From: Vicugna vicugna
Lineage: Eukaryota
Direction of reading: 5' to 3'
Assembly (NCBI GenBank): GCA_013265495.1
Contig: MU063738.1
Location: 186,001 to 250,000 of the forward strand
Length of the DNA stretch: 64,000 bases
The notes below the pieces were generated by a model. That model had not been told where the DNA came from. It saw only the letters and a list, made by a program, of their open reading frames with translations, and ran no database searches. The position numbers were made by a program, and so were the translations under genes. Positions 22,086 through 35,599 of this stretch are shown in pieces; the stretch's first letter is position 1, and each line of letters opens with the position of its first letter.

Positions 22086-25000
22086 GTTGGAACTCACCCA
22101 GACTGTGGCTCATAGCTTGTGCTCCTCTTTCCTTGCTTCCCCCGCTCAGGACCACGAGGTGGATTTGGAGCCGCGCTTGCTTTTCATGCAGGTTGTGGCT
22201 GGCTCAGGTTCAGGCAGCAAGGAAGAGCGACTGGCAGCATCATGGCTTTGACTTCAGCTCAGCCCTTTTTACTGTCAAGTCCAAACGCTGGCCAGCGGAA
22301 AGCTTCTGTTTGGTGAGCGCTGTTGCATCTAAAGAGCCGGGCGTGGTTGTCTGGTGCGAAACCCAGGGTTCCCGCCACCTGCTTGAAGCACCAGTCTCGG
22401 CGAGAAAAGCGAACAGAAGTGTAATCAGCGGGAGGAACTGAGAGCGGCTCTGTGTGCGGGGCTGGAAGGTGGGCAGGGAAGTACCAGGCAGGGTTCCCGC
22501 CCTGGAGGAACCAGCAATCCCGGTGCTCGAGGGGACACAGAAGCTCCGCGGGACAGTGCGAGTGAGGGGGCTGAGTGGCAGTCAGAGCGGTGGGGCCAGC
22601 CGGGCTCTGGGACAGGTGTTCTGGGTCCCCTGGGCCCTGGGGTTCTCGTCCAGTCTGCTGTTCCCCATGCCTCCATGGGCTGCCGGGTCCGTCCGCGTGT
22701 GTGTGTGTGTAATGCAGGAAATGGGACTTGAACTGCGGCTGCATGGGAAGGGGCAGGGGCAGGGGCAGGGGAGGGGGCTTGCCATGGCTGGGCCTTGGCT
22801 AGGACAGTGTGCGTTGCCGTCTGTCTGCAAGGATGGGAGGAGCAGTGGCCCCTGAGGGCTGGCCTTTGGAGTGAGTCCAGCTGGGGGAACCTGGTTCTGC
22901 CAGTCACTAGTGGGGTGACAGGCAAGATGTCTCCGGTTTCCCATCTGTAACAGAGCCCGGCTTGCACTGTCCGACCCAGCCCCCTGGCCAGAGCATCCAG
23001 ACAGAGCCGCGCCCCTAGTGCACGGCGGAGCACAGGGGTGAGCGTGAGTCCTGCTGTAGCCAGGCCAGGTGACAGGCGGCCTGAACCTCAGCCAGGCACT
23101 CTCACCTGGCCCTGCAGGTGCCAGTCAGTGTGTTAGCCTGGCTGGCTGAATGGGGAAGCTGGAGGGGGCCCGGCCAGGAGGCCCGAGAGGAGTCCTGGGT
23201 GTGAGGGTATGTTTCGTCCGGAACCCATGCCTCCTGCTCGGTGCTCAGACTCCAGGGACAGTGGGAGTGGATGGCACATGTGAGGGTAGGAAGTGCCAGG
23301 CGTGGGCTTTCCCACGTCCTTCAGCACCCAGTGGCCACGGTAGCCACGTCCCTGGTCCCACGGCTTGATTTTACGTTTGGTTGTAATTTAGTCGTTGGTG
23401 AGCTCAGCAGGAGCTGGGCTGCCTGCGGGCCCCTTGGCGTTCGGGGTCCGGCAGGCACTCGGGAGGGCTGCGTGGGTGAGTGCCTGGACTTAACTGTGTG
23501 GCAGCACGGGCTCACGCTGACTCATGCGCCTACGTCCCCGGCGTTCACGGCATCTGCTTTTCCCTCGGCACCTGTCACGTGGCTGCACAGTCTCGGGGGC
23601 ACACGCTGTCCAGAGGGCAGTGTGAACGGGTAGGGCCTCTCTGTGCGGCTGGCTCTCCCGCGGGAGGCGGGAGCAGCCTCACGCGGCGGGAAGTGCTCTG
23701 AAGGGAAGGAGCCTGGGTGGGACCCGGGTGCTGGGAGGAATGTCTGGGCCCCCAGGTCCTTGTGCTGCAACCCTCCCTGCCCTGTGACGGGAAGCGGTGA
23801 TGAGGTCGTGAGGGCGGGGCCCTTGTGGTGGGATCAGCGACTTTATAGGGGGACACCAAGAGCCCATGCGCCCAGAGCAGCGTGTGACGGGGAGCCAGCG
23901 GAGGGGCTGGGGGCAGTGGGTGGACCAAGCAGGCACTTGGGGCCTCGGACGTCAGAAGTTGGAGTTGGGGTTTATACTGGGAGCCTGGGGAATTTGAACC
24001 GAGGCGGGATGATGTGGTTCACTGTCTGGAAAGAAATCTCTGGCTGACCGTGACTGTCCGCCCACGGTGGCACAGATGAGGTAGGCGAGCAGAGGTGCAT
24101 GACCGTGGTACGTGCACCGTGAAAGCTCAGGGCCCATGTGTACATGGGGCACGGATGACGTCCCACACAGGCTCTGCATCCAGCCACGTGGACGTACACA
24201 TGCTCAGCAGGTGTGCGGACACCTGTGCCCCCACCTGCCCACCCACCCTCCCAGGACCCCACACCAGCATCACGTCTGTAAACGCAGCCCCCTCGTCCAG
24301 GCGTCTGAGGGCAAATGAGCCCAGAGGTCCATCGGGTCTCATCCTGAGATGCCCGAGGATGATGAGTCCAGGGTTTCAAAGGACGTCCCCATGGTGGGTG
24401 GGGTGCAGGGGGCACCCAGGGCGGCTGCTCTGCTGTCCCTCAGCAGGTCGTCCTGCTGGACAGATGCCCTCAGGACAGACGTGGCTCTGTATCCAGGGTT
24501 CCCTTATCTTGCAGCCTCGGCCCAGGGTCTCCTCATTATCTTGCTGGGTCTTTGGTGATGATCGTTGTGTTCTCTCAAGCCTTTGCTGGCTGTCTGCAGA
24601 GGCGGGTTCATCTTACCTGCCTGGCTTCTCTTCGCCAAGGGGAGGTCTCTCTGTTGTGGCCGGTGCACACTCGGGGCACCGCCAGGACCGTCTTCCGGAG
24701 CTGGGACACATCTGCCCAGGTCCAACTCCGAGGTTCTGGTCCTTATTCTTCCCTAAACCTCCTTCAGATTTTTTTCAAGAGTCAGAGGACGACCATGCAA
24801 CCTCACTGGCCGAGGACCAGGACGGCTGTGGGGAGGCTGTGGGGAGTGAGTGGGGCCCTCGTGTTCTGTCCGACGGCTCCTCCATACCAGCAGTGTCCCG
24901 TGGACATGACCGGTCACTCAGTCTTTGACTCGCCCAGACCAGACCAGCACTACCCACGTGGGTGACGGTGAGGAGGCCTCAGTGCGGTGTGCTTGGATCA

Positions 25001-28000
25001 GAGCTTGTTTGGACCAGCCTCCCTGCCCCTGGGCCTCCCCTCTCCCTGCATGTCTTTTGTCTTATGGCTGTGGCTGTGTGACTTGCTCAGAACTGGGACA
25101 AACAAAGGATGAATTTTAATACAGCGCAGCGACCTGGGGCCATCAGCGTTGCCTTCCCTTCACTCACCTCCTTGACAGCCACCTCCAGACAGGAGACGTG
25201 AGGGGCCGAGGCACCCAGCACGTCCCACTCATGCTGTTCAAACCAGACGTGGCCGTTTGGAGTCAGAACAGCCACCAGCTCCTGGGCATGCAGTCATTAA
25301 TCCTGGCAGGAACTTCATTCATCTTAATTCAGTGGCCAGTGTCGTGCCCCCTCTTCCCTCCTTCTTCTGCACATGAGGTGACTCAGGAAGGCTGTCATTG
25401 CTGGCAGTGGCCAGCTGGGTAATGGGGGCCTCAGGAGCCCCACCCTAGTTTCAGCCAGAAGCTCCTGGTGTCAGGAATCTGGCCATGTGGGCACCTGGTT
25501 CTCCTGCTCTCTGTCCCCTGCTCCCCACCCGCTCTCAGTCCAGGGCACCATGCATCTCAGTCCCTCTCTGCCTGCCCCAGAGCTCCTGTATGCTGGGGTC
25601 GCTCGTGGGACCTCACAAGCTGTGGGGCCACAGTCTCAGCCCTGAAGGCGCCTCTCTGCCCCCGGTTCACAGCACCAGGCGGTTTCTGGGCCTCCCACCC
25701 AGGCACTTTGGGGCCCCTCACTCAGGAGTGCGGGCAGCCAGTGTGTGGGGCGGAGCCTGCAAGCTGCGTGTCCACCAGACCTTCTGACACAGCACCTGGG
25801 ACAAGCTGTCACCCGAGGTGCAGGGCCTCGCTTTGCCTGGTCTGAAGGCCAGGGTTCCGGCCAGGGACCACGTTCCTGTCTTTCTACTCAGCCCTGGCCC
25901 TAAGTCTGTTCAGGGTACGAATGGAACATTATCTGGTGTTTGTTATTGGTCTTTTAGGGAACACCTACAGAGACAAGAGTCTTGGCTAGCTGTGTGACTC
26001 ACAGTATCTGGTCTCATGTTAGCTGGTGTTTTCATGGCTTGTGAGGAACCAGTGCACTCAGTTTATGAACAGACCTTGAGAAACAGCAACAGGTTCCGGA
26101 TTCCTGTGGCCTTGACAAAGCAAGACAGGCACAGCTGTGCCCCATCCCTTCCCACTGGCCTCTTCTTGCTCCAGGAGGCATGGGCACAGGTGCCCAGGTG
26201 CCCTCGAGGTGCCCTCTTCCTCCCTGCGCGCAGAACCCAGACCACGCCTGGCCCCGCACTGCCCTCAGCTCCTCCGTGAGTCCTTTAACCCAGCTCCCTC
26301 TGGAAAATGGGAGAGTTGCCACTCTGGCCTCTCCCGGAGGCCCCGGGGGTGGAGGGCAGCGTCCCGCACCTGGGGCACCTGGTCCTGCAGGCGGGTGTAC
26401 GTGGCAGGGGCGCTGTCCTTGTGGCCTTGTGGCCCTCCCTATGAACCTCGGAACCTGACAGTCACTCTGCAGGGAGCATCTCTAGCCACTGAGTACAGAC
26501 GAGGTGAAGATGCATTTACCAGCTTTTTGCACTTATGTGAGCAACGAACTCTATAAACACCTTCCACTTCACTTCCACACCACGCCTGAGAGTCTTAGAC
26601 CACACTGAAGGGAAGATTTAAAGGCCATGTTCTGCGTCTCAGCCATGGTTCGTGTGCGGGCCTGAGTGTGCAGTGCACGAGCGAGTCAGGAGGCGCGTGA
26701 GCAGGGGTTTGGTTACACGTGGACCCCGGAGCCCCGCGGCTGTTCTGTTCGTGCCAGGTGGTCCACCTCTGTCTGTGTGTGCCCGGGACACGGGGGAGCC
26801 TGCTGCGGGCTCAGTTAACTACCCCGGGGGCTTCCTGAGACACCAGCATGAACTAGAGTGTCAGTGCTTCTCTCTGACCAGGCCCAGAACATGCACACAC
26901 ATGCCCACAGACACCGTGCTGGTCACCTGCCCACCCTCAGACCCACTCCCCACCTGCCCTCCACTCGGCTCCGAAGTCAGGGAACCACAGCTCCCCAGCC
27001 CCCTTGCCAGCTGGGGTCTGGGCAGGCTCAGCCCAAAGGCGGGCACCACTGAGGCTGCAGGCTGAGACCGGCGTATCAGAGGGCAGGAGGAGGCACCTCT
27101 CCCTCTGCCTTGCGAGGCCTCTCTGGCGCCCATGTGTGTCCTCTGTGGCTCAGGTCTGACGGGTGGCCCGCACTCGGGGTCCTCACGACGCCCTCCACCA
27201 GCTGCAGAGTTCGGAGCTTCCTGCTGGCGCCTCCTCCGGGCGGAGCTGCTCCTGTTTGGCCTCCGCCCTGCGTGTGCTTCCTTCTCTTCATAGCACGTTT
27301 GAGAGGGAGGGCGACGCCCGGGGTCCTAAGCCACCCAGGATGCTCTGCGGGCACCAGTCTGCCCCAGTTTCCTGGACAGGAAATTTCTCTGGGTGAAGAG
27401 TGTTACCATTTCCACAAGCAGGCTGGATCTAGATTCTGCTGAGACAGCCAGTCAAGCTGTCAGACCACTGGGGAAATTTAAGTTAAATTAGTCGTCTGGC
27501 ACCCTGAGGACAAGGGGCCGTTTCCTTCCTACCAAGAGCACCTGACAAAACTAACTTATTTTAGTTAGCTCTTTAAGGAAGTAAGTGTGTGTCCCATTTA
27601 TCTGCTTCCTAACTTAGGAATTGTGATCACGGAAGTCTATTGAATAAGCACAACAAATAATAAAAATGTAAATTTTGGACTGAGGACCAATTAATGTGGA
27701 AAACAGAGGGACAGGCTGATGGCGAATGTGTCGGGGGACAGAGCAAACGGGAGAGATGAGCTCAGCGGCGCTGAGCGCAGACAGGGAGAGAAATGCAGAC
27801 ACGTGTCGTTCACGAGGTCAGGCCCTCCTGTGACCTTTCAGGACACCCCGTCTAGACTGTCAGCCTAGTTTAACTTTCCAGCTGTGGGTGGATCTCCAAA
27901 CACGCCGTCCTCTTGGGAGCCTCAGTCCAGCATAGAAACGCAAGTCAGCACGTGCTCCCCTGCCAGCTTCCCTGACAGGAGCCTGCGGTCAGGACGCTGT

Positions 28001-28229
28001 CACCCGCCCTCAGCCCGGGCTGAGGACATCCTCGGACAAGGCACAGCCTAACCGCGCCACGTGGGAGAGGCGGCGATGAGGGGGCCCCTGTCTTCTCCTT
28101 CGTGCAGTTTCGCTTCTTACTTTGCCACATTCATCCCAGGGACAAAGTCATTATCCTCTGAGGAGGAGACCTGGGGGAGGACAGGTGCAGAGGACACAAA
28201 CAACCTGTAGGCTGTTCGAAGTTGAAATT

Positions 28230-28590
28230 TAAGTGTTACGCAGGCACTCCACAAGGGTGTACTACGTTCAGCAACGAAAAGAGTGAAGAGCTGCTACTGG
28301 CACCCACGTGGACGAGTCTCAGAGCAATTATGTTGAGCAGAAGAAGCCAGCCCAGAAGGGTGTGGGCTGTGTCTTTCCGCCTGGATGAGCCTTTCAAAGA
28401 CGTGATGCTGATCCACGGTGGGAAAGCAAACGAGCAGGCCCCCGGGGCCAGGCTGGTGGGGCAGGCGGGGAGACTGGGGAGGTGGGACTGCGCTGCACCA
28501 CCATCTGGGTGGCGGTGGGGTAGGTGCACATGCAACAGAATTCATCAGCTGTATTTGTGCCTCAGTATAAGTGAATTAGGAAACAAAGAC
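28230..28590 (+). mobile_element. Ancient L1M (L1MC/ME-like) 3' end
   Basis: TACTACGTTCAGCAACGAAAAGAGTGAAGAGCTGCTACTGGCACCCACGTGGACGAGTCTCAGAGCAATTATGTTGAGCAGAAGAAGCCAG matches the L1M 3' motif ..TACTCAGCAATAAAAAGGAATGAACTACTG..ATGGATGAATCTC..ATTATGCTGAGTGAAAGAAGCCAG. Confidence 0.8.
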
Positions 28591-28859
28591 GGGGCAGTTT
28601 GGGAAATGGGGGTCCTGGTGCTGTTGTGCGCACCCCGGGCCCCAGGTCGCCCAGAGCTCAGCCGCCTTCCTCTCGGCTGAGCCTGAGCCAGGGTGTGGGG
28701 CCCCTTGGACTCACGTTAGAAAGCACAGCCTGGGACCCCTCCTCCTCCCGCATGAGGGTCTTCGCTCCACGCCCTCCTCCAGCCAAGCCCTCCGTGGGGG
28801 AACAGGTTTGAGGAGAGTTACTCGGGCAGGACGGGTGACCCTGATGCGCCTCAGGCCAC

Positions 28860-29310
28860 CACCTGTGGTCCTCTTAGTGACGCTGCTGAGGACGGAACGT
28901 GTGTCGCAGGTGGTCGGCACAGGCGCCGGGCGGGCTCAGCGGTCGCAGGCAACAAGGAGCTGGACGCGGGGCTGAGGGGACTGCGCCCCTTCCTTCCCAG
29001 GGCGGAGAGGCGGCGGGAGACGCGGAGGCCTTGGGGAGCCTGCCCTTGGGAGCTGCTGTGTGAACGCGCGCTCGTTACTGAATCCTCTCTCGGCTTCAGT
29101 CTGCTGTTGTTTCTGGCTTTGCTGTAATGGAAACGGTAACCCTTCGCAGGGCTGCGGCGAAGGTTCAATCCCACCATACCCAGCAGGTGGGGCGCCTGGT
29201 GTGGCGAGTGCAGTGAAGCTCCCCCCTTCCTCCTGCAGAACGAGGCCCCCCGCTCCGCCCTCGGCATCACCACGGTCCTGGGTCCTGAAGTTTCCCTCCA
29301 CTCCACTAGC
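28860..29310. promoter_or_regulatory. Small CpG-rich element (candidate enhancer or alternative promoter)
   Basis: Local cluster of CpGs (GGCGCCGGGCGGG, GGCGGCGGGAGACGCGG, AACGCGCGCTCG) with no recognisable repeat origin. Confidence 0.45.
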
Positions 29311-32300
29311 CTGAGACTGTGGGGTGTGGGGTGTGGGGTGAGGGTGGGGCCCAAGTCCTAGCCCTTCCCTGGGAGGGCCCTTCATGGGACCAAGGGACAG
29401 AGCTCAGCCCCCCTCCTGACCCGCAGCCACCTCACCTCTGGGGCAACCCTGGGGCCAGGACACAGCCCTCCCCCAGCCTGGCCCCACAGGGGGCCCAGAA
29501 GGTGTAAACCCTGCATCCTGAGGAGGCAGCGAGGCTGCGGGGGCAGGAGGGAAATGCCGGGGTCTGAAGATCCGGGCCGGGTCCCAGCTCTGCCGCACCA
29601 TCTACAGGCGGTGCCCCCCATGCCATGGGCTTGGGCGCCTCCAGTTTGCCCTAAAACTTGGCCCAGACCCGAGGCCCTCTCTGTTCTCGGTGTCCTCACT
29701 GCACGGCACTGTGGCTGTTGTACCGACCCTGCCGGTAATTAGCATGGCCTCGGGGGCTCACAGACTCTCAAGGTGTTTGACAACTGAACGAGTGAAGGGG
29801 TGGGTGACTGGCTGAAGGACATGTACTGCTTCAGGAGGTCCCTGAGCACATCGGCCCCTCTCTGAGCCTGTGACCCCATCTGCCAAATGCAAAACAAGGG
29901 GTCAGGTCCCAAGAATTATTCCAGGGGCCTTGGTGCTGTATCCGCTTGGCAGCAGGGTTGGCCGGAGTGGGCCTGCGCCTCAGTGTGTTCTCTGCACACC
30001 TGCCCCTTGGAGCCGAGACCAGAGCTCAGCCCAGTGATGGAGGCCAGCTCCCCGGCCAGGCAGCTCCAGGAGCATCATCGATGGCCTGACACTGTGTTTA
30101 GGGGAAGTGCCCTCTCCTCACAAGTAATTACGAGGCACAGGATCATGTAAAGGGACAGGGCTGGACCAGAGGAAAAGGAAATGCTTTGTACCTGGCAGTG
30201 ATGGTGAGTGAGCTGGGGAGGACAGCCACGCCACGCCATCCATCTCTCCTCCTGGTGAGTCAGCAGAGCCGCAGGTGGTCCCTTCCTGCTGCCTCCTGCG
30301 CGGTGTGGGGAGGGGGAGGCAGCCTGAGCCTGCCTTTGAGGTTTGGCACTGAGGGTCCCACGGGCACGTGGTCCCTAAGGGCCATCGCTTCCTTGGCCTT
30401 TTTCTGACAAGGAGGGCTTTGCAGGTGTCAACCTTGGCACCAAGTGCCCTGCCTGGTAGAGAGGAGGTGTGCAGAAGTATTGCGTGAGTGAGTGAGTGAG
30501 AGAATGAAGGAACGAGAGACAGAGTCTATGAGTCAATGAGTAAAGAATCACATGGTCCACAAGGGCCAGGGTTTCTGTTTGGCTCGTTGCCGGACGGCCA
30601 GCACATAGAAAGAGTCTGGAATCGAGTAGCTGACTTGAGGGACGTGGGTGTGAAGGGATGAGCCGTGGTGGGAAGAGCAGGCCCTGGGCAGCCAGGAGCC
30701 CGGAGGAAAGCTGCTGGTACGGTCAGGGCGGGGCAGGGTGGGGCTCGTGCAACACGGGCACCTGCGTCCGCACCCACAGGCTCCTAGAACCGGGGACTGG
30801 GGCCGTCTCCGGTCCTCCGCTTCTCAAGCTGTCACGGTCACACGGGTGCCTGAACTGAGCCTACTGGATCAGAATCTGGGGTCGGGCCTGGGATCTGCGC
30901 TTTGTGGACGCTTCCAGGAGGTTTCACTGCACAGGGGATTCTGGCAGCCACTTGGCCGAGGCTTCTGGGTGGCGACGCCTTTCTCACCCACTGTCCTGGA
31001 GGAGCTGCAGCAAAACGAACAGGAGACGTCGCCCTGAGGGCAGACGTGCACTGTGTCACGTAACCCTCCAAACACCCTGTGCTGCTGTTTCTATTCTGGT
31101 GACGGGTGAGAACACCGAGGCTCAGAGAGGTTAGCACACTTGCCCTGGGACACACAGCCAGAAGGTCGTGGAGTCTGACACATCTGGTCTTGTCAGCATT
31201 ACTCTGCCCCTGGGGCTCCCTCCTCCTGATGGGCTGTCCCCCGATGGCTGACCCCCCCTTCTGTCCTTGGAGCCCAGCTCTGTGGAGCAGAGAGCTGTCA
31301 CTTGCACACACAGCCTGTGCCCTGGCGGAAATAGGATGGTAGAGGGCGGTGTCTCCCAGGCAAGGGGCTGGCTTGTTCTCATTCAAAGGCCCACTGCCCC
31401 TGGGCCCCCGGGAGTACCTCCTGCTGGGGCCCAGGAGTCGAGTGGCAGCCAGAGAGGCTCCGGCCTCCTGGCCCTGAGCTCGCGTCCCTCACCCCTGACC
31501 TCCACGCCCGTGGCTGTCACCTGTGTGGCAGATGGCATACTGGCAGCAACTGTCCCTGGGCTCTACCCAGATTGGCTCAGCGGCGTCCTGGCCGCCCCTG
31601 AGCTGGAGCCATCTGTGCCCAGGAGAGCCCGGCCATCGGAGTGGGAGGGCGGACGGACCTCCCAGCCCCTCCCGGCAGCAGGGCCCTCTCCACCTGCCCC
31701 AGGGCTGGGGTGCCGCCCACCTGGCCACAGGCACACGCTGTGCTTCGCCTCGGCCGCCTCCTTCTTTCAGCAAAGGGGCCCCCACCTGCCTGTCCTGGTG
31801 GCAGCTGGAGGAGAGGGGTGGGCACTGACAGGGAGAGGGTGCCCCACTACATGGGCTTCCGTCCAGGCTTATTTTCTTAGCTGATTGGACTTACCACCTT
31901 TTTAATTGAGAAAGCAGAGCTGGCTTGAAAAGGTCCCTTGAAATGAAACCCAAGAGCAGAAGACAGAGACAGTGTGTGCAAAATTAGTGTGTCACGCAGT
32001 GGGCAAGGAGGTCCTTTCCCAGGCCAAGTTCATGGCCCTTCTGAGAATCCTGCAGAGATTTAGAATTTGACACAACAAAGAGGGGCATGGGCCTCCCTCC
32101 CCCCAGCCCCTCTCCACCCCAAAAAGCTCATTCAGAGAGAGACAGAGAGAGAGAGGTGGGGTGGGAGGGGACAGGAAGGAGGCTGATCCTCATCTCTGCC
32201 TCTGCAATGGAGCCCAAATCAGAGGCCTGGGGTCAGAAGTGGAGAAGGGTGCCAGCCCTTGGCTGTATCCCAGGCCTCGGGGCGGGAGGACCGGCCCCTT

Positions 32301-35300
32301 CCTGCTCCTTCCCCCAGGAGCAGGGGCAGGGCTGCCCACTTGCGGGGTGAGAGGTGGCTGCCAGGCCTCTGAATCAGGAGGCCTGACACATCCTCAGGCC
32401 ACCTGGCCACCCCTCTCTGGAAGCGTCTGGCTACCCACTTCCCTGGGAAATGAGGACTTTCAGGAAAAAAGCTGACAGAAGAAATCTGAGCACTGCATTG
32501 CAGCGCCCCTGAGACGGGTGCAGGCTGCCAGGCTGTTGTCTGAGGCGCACAGGCTCCATGTGTCCTCTGCCAGCCTGCACCCGGCCCACCACCCCTCACC
32601 CCGGCCCCAGGACCCAGGCAGGGGAGAGCAGGGGTCTGGGGGTCAGCTCTCTGGACGCTGGCCTCTGCCACCTCCATCAGTGTCCCCGTCATCGAGGGCA
32701 CGTTTAGCTGAAACCTGTGCATTTAGCTAAATCACCATCCTCATTCCTCCTCTTTCTTCCCCGAAAGGGGCTGGGCAACCTCAGCCATTCACCCACTCCC
32801 TCCACCGCCCACTGACCCCATAGAAGCCTCAGAGCTGTGGGGGCCAGAGGTCATTCAGGCCCACCCTCTTATTTGATCACTAGGAACCCAGGGGACCTGA
32901 CCCACCTGGGGTGGGTCAGCGAACCGGGTGGAACGGGTCCTGAGCAGAGGCCCTGAGCCTGTACAGGACGGGCTGGGACCAGCCCAGTGATCCTGGCGGG
33001 TCTGTGGCTTCCCGTCGGCTGATTAACAAAGTCAAAACTTGGCCGGATGAAGGCAGTCAGGGGTAAGCAGCGAGACCTCCGCCCCGAGCTTCCTCTGTGG
33101 GCCGGCCCCAGATCCCTCGGCCCCCACCCTCCAGAAGTGAAGCCCTCCCCCCAGCTGCTGGCCCAGCCCCGCTTCTAGACCTTGTGTAGCACCAGGGAAG
33201 AGGGAGGCCTGCCAGACCCACCCCAGGAGCCAGCACAGGACACTGGTGTGCCTGGTGGGGGGAGGGAGGGTCACGGCCAGCAGGGCTCCAGCCCCGATGT
33301 CTTCCCGGGACCTGCAGGAACCGCCTGTCTCCCCTCCAAGTGCCGCCCAGAGGGAGGCGCAGCCCAGGACGTGGGCTCCAGGCCTGCCTGAGGGGAGAAC
33401 CCCGGGTGCAGAGAGAGGCCCCGCTCCTGGACCTCCTCGAGTGGTTGCTCCAGACTTTGCCTCCTTGTGGCTGCGTCAGGGCTGGCTCTGTGCCAGGCTG
33501 GGCCTGATGTGCCGCTGACCGTAAGAAGCCTGGTCCTGCGACCGTCTGACCTTGGAGTTGGCACTGACTGGCTCTGTTTAGGGTGTGTTGTACCTCTCCG
33601 GACATTTGAAGATGGACACAGACAGACTGGGCCTTGTCCCGAACTCAGCCAGGGTGTGAGAGGCAGTGGAACACCCTGGAACGGAGTGGCTGGACCAGAC
33701 CCAGGCTGCAGGGACGCCCCGGCAGCTGGCCTGTCACCAGCGGAGGAAGCCGCAGGAGACAGATTTTAGTTCAAGATAAGGAAGCCCACTCTAACTCTTA
33801 AGGACGTGCAGACGGTGAGAAGCGGACTGGGACGACTGTGGTGTGTGAGCAGAGGCTGGCCCACGGGACGCGAGTCGGGACTGTCGAGCGGGCGAGGCGG
33901 CTGGGCTGGGGCAGCCGCGCGGAAAAGCAGAGGGAACTCACGCTGATGGCTGTGGCGCTGTGTTGGGCCCTCTGCAAGGCGTGTCTGGCATTTAAGGTGC
34001 TGCGTGCTTGTCAGAGCTTCACCCCAACCTTGCTGAAGGAGTCTTTATTCCCTGCTTTTATAGATGACACAGGAGCCTCAGGGCGGTTGAAGGCCTCTCC
34101 CCAGGGCTGACCACTTAAAGCCGCAGCAGGACCTGAAGCCAGGCCTGTCTGGCTCCAGCTGCCTTGGTCTTCTCACCCACTCTGGACTGTAAGCCTCAGG
34201 CTCTCAGGGTCCTGGGGCAGGCTGCAGGGCCAAGTGACCAGACAGGACTGCACAGCTCCTGCTCTGGGTCTGGAATAAAGAGCAAGATGGCGGAGTGGGG
34301 GAACAGGAGCCCTTGGGACCTGAAGGTCGGAGGACAGGGAGGGTTTTATTTGCCTGGAGTCGTACAGCAGTGGTCAGTCTGGCCTCAGTCTCAGTTACTG
34401 CTGGCTGAGCTAGCGTCATGGCTGCCCATTCCGACTGGGGTATTTGTGCATGCACATGTACGTTCCCCGGGCCCACCTCCCCCATCGGTGCTCCCAGCCC
34501 CTCAGTTCAGTGTTGTGGATGACTCAGGCTGAGTGCCAAGGCCCACTTGCAGGGAGCACTTTTGGGGTGCAGGGAGAGGGCTCCCCAGCCTCTCTTCTGC
34601 CAAGCCCTCTCCCAGGCCGTCTATAGTCCTAGGAAGACTGGAACCTACGCCAGGCTCCAACTGCCAGCCAAGCCCCAGCAGGCCACAGTGGGAAGCCAGG
34701 GTGGGCAGGACACGGTGGGAGCTGCCCTCAGGGCCTCAGAACGGTCCAAGCAGCCCTTTCCTCAGTGCCCCCCCGCCCCTCGTAGTCACCTCCCGCCCTG
34801 TCATCCAGAGCCCCCTCCTCACCGGCACACAACAAGCCACACTCCCTCGTCCCTTCCTGGCCCTTAGTCACCCCTGCTGCTCGGATTGGGAAAATGTGCC
34901 CTATTCTCTCCTGGTCTGGTCCGACGGAGGCCCCAGGGTCACCCCGCCGGCACCATCCTTCCCTGTGCTGTCCTTCCAGCACACCTGCAGCCAGGCCAGT
35001 AGGAGGAAACCAGAGACCCATCTTCTGGTCCTTGCCCTCTGAGCATGTGCCCCTTTCTTCGGAAGAGACGGTGCCAGACGCGAGAGCAAGTCCAGCAGCC
35101 ACCCCAGGACCGTGGCTTCGCTTCTCGGAGCCCCAGGTCCTGCTCTGGGAACAAGGGCAGGACTGTCCTCTGTCACGAGGGCTGAGAGGGACACGTGAAG
35201 ACAGCGTGGACCTGCAGCAGGGCTCCCGCGTCACTGATGACTCCTGGGCACTTGATCAGCTGTAGGTTTAGCGGCAGATGAAAGAAATGATCCCACGATG

Positions 35301-35599
35301 GAAAACAGAAGAGACGCCTTGTGAAACGGGGTGCGTCTCGTCTAGCAGAGCCACTGTCCAGGGGCTCTCCTCCAGGCTTGTCTCGGACTGTCCTCGCCCG
35401 GACAACCAGGCCCCTCGGCCTCAACCCCCTCCTCTCATTGGCTGGCTCACACGTGTGTCTTCAGCCCAGACGCCTCCTCTGAGGCCTGCTTTTACCCACC
35501 TGCACATCCAGCAGCTCCACTCCGATGCTCAGAGGTGACCCACCCCAGGACAGACTCCAGGGTTTTCTGTCCCCGGAAGTGAGGTCCCACCTGGCCAGC

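Noticed and set aside
22372-22385. CTCF-like motifs (here, and near 47280 and 48565)
   Set aside because: One or two mismatch matches are common at this GC content; cannot be supported without a PWM scan or ChIP data.
29189-29210. GGGGCGCCTGG resembling a Can-SINE 5' end
   Set aside because: Only 11 nt match; no B-box, (CT)n or A-tail follows.
13-34525. Several AP-1 heptamers (TGASTCA)
   Set aside because: The number seen is close to random expectation (~8 per 64 kb) and they are not clustered.
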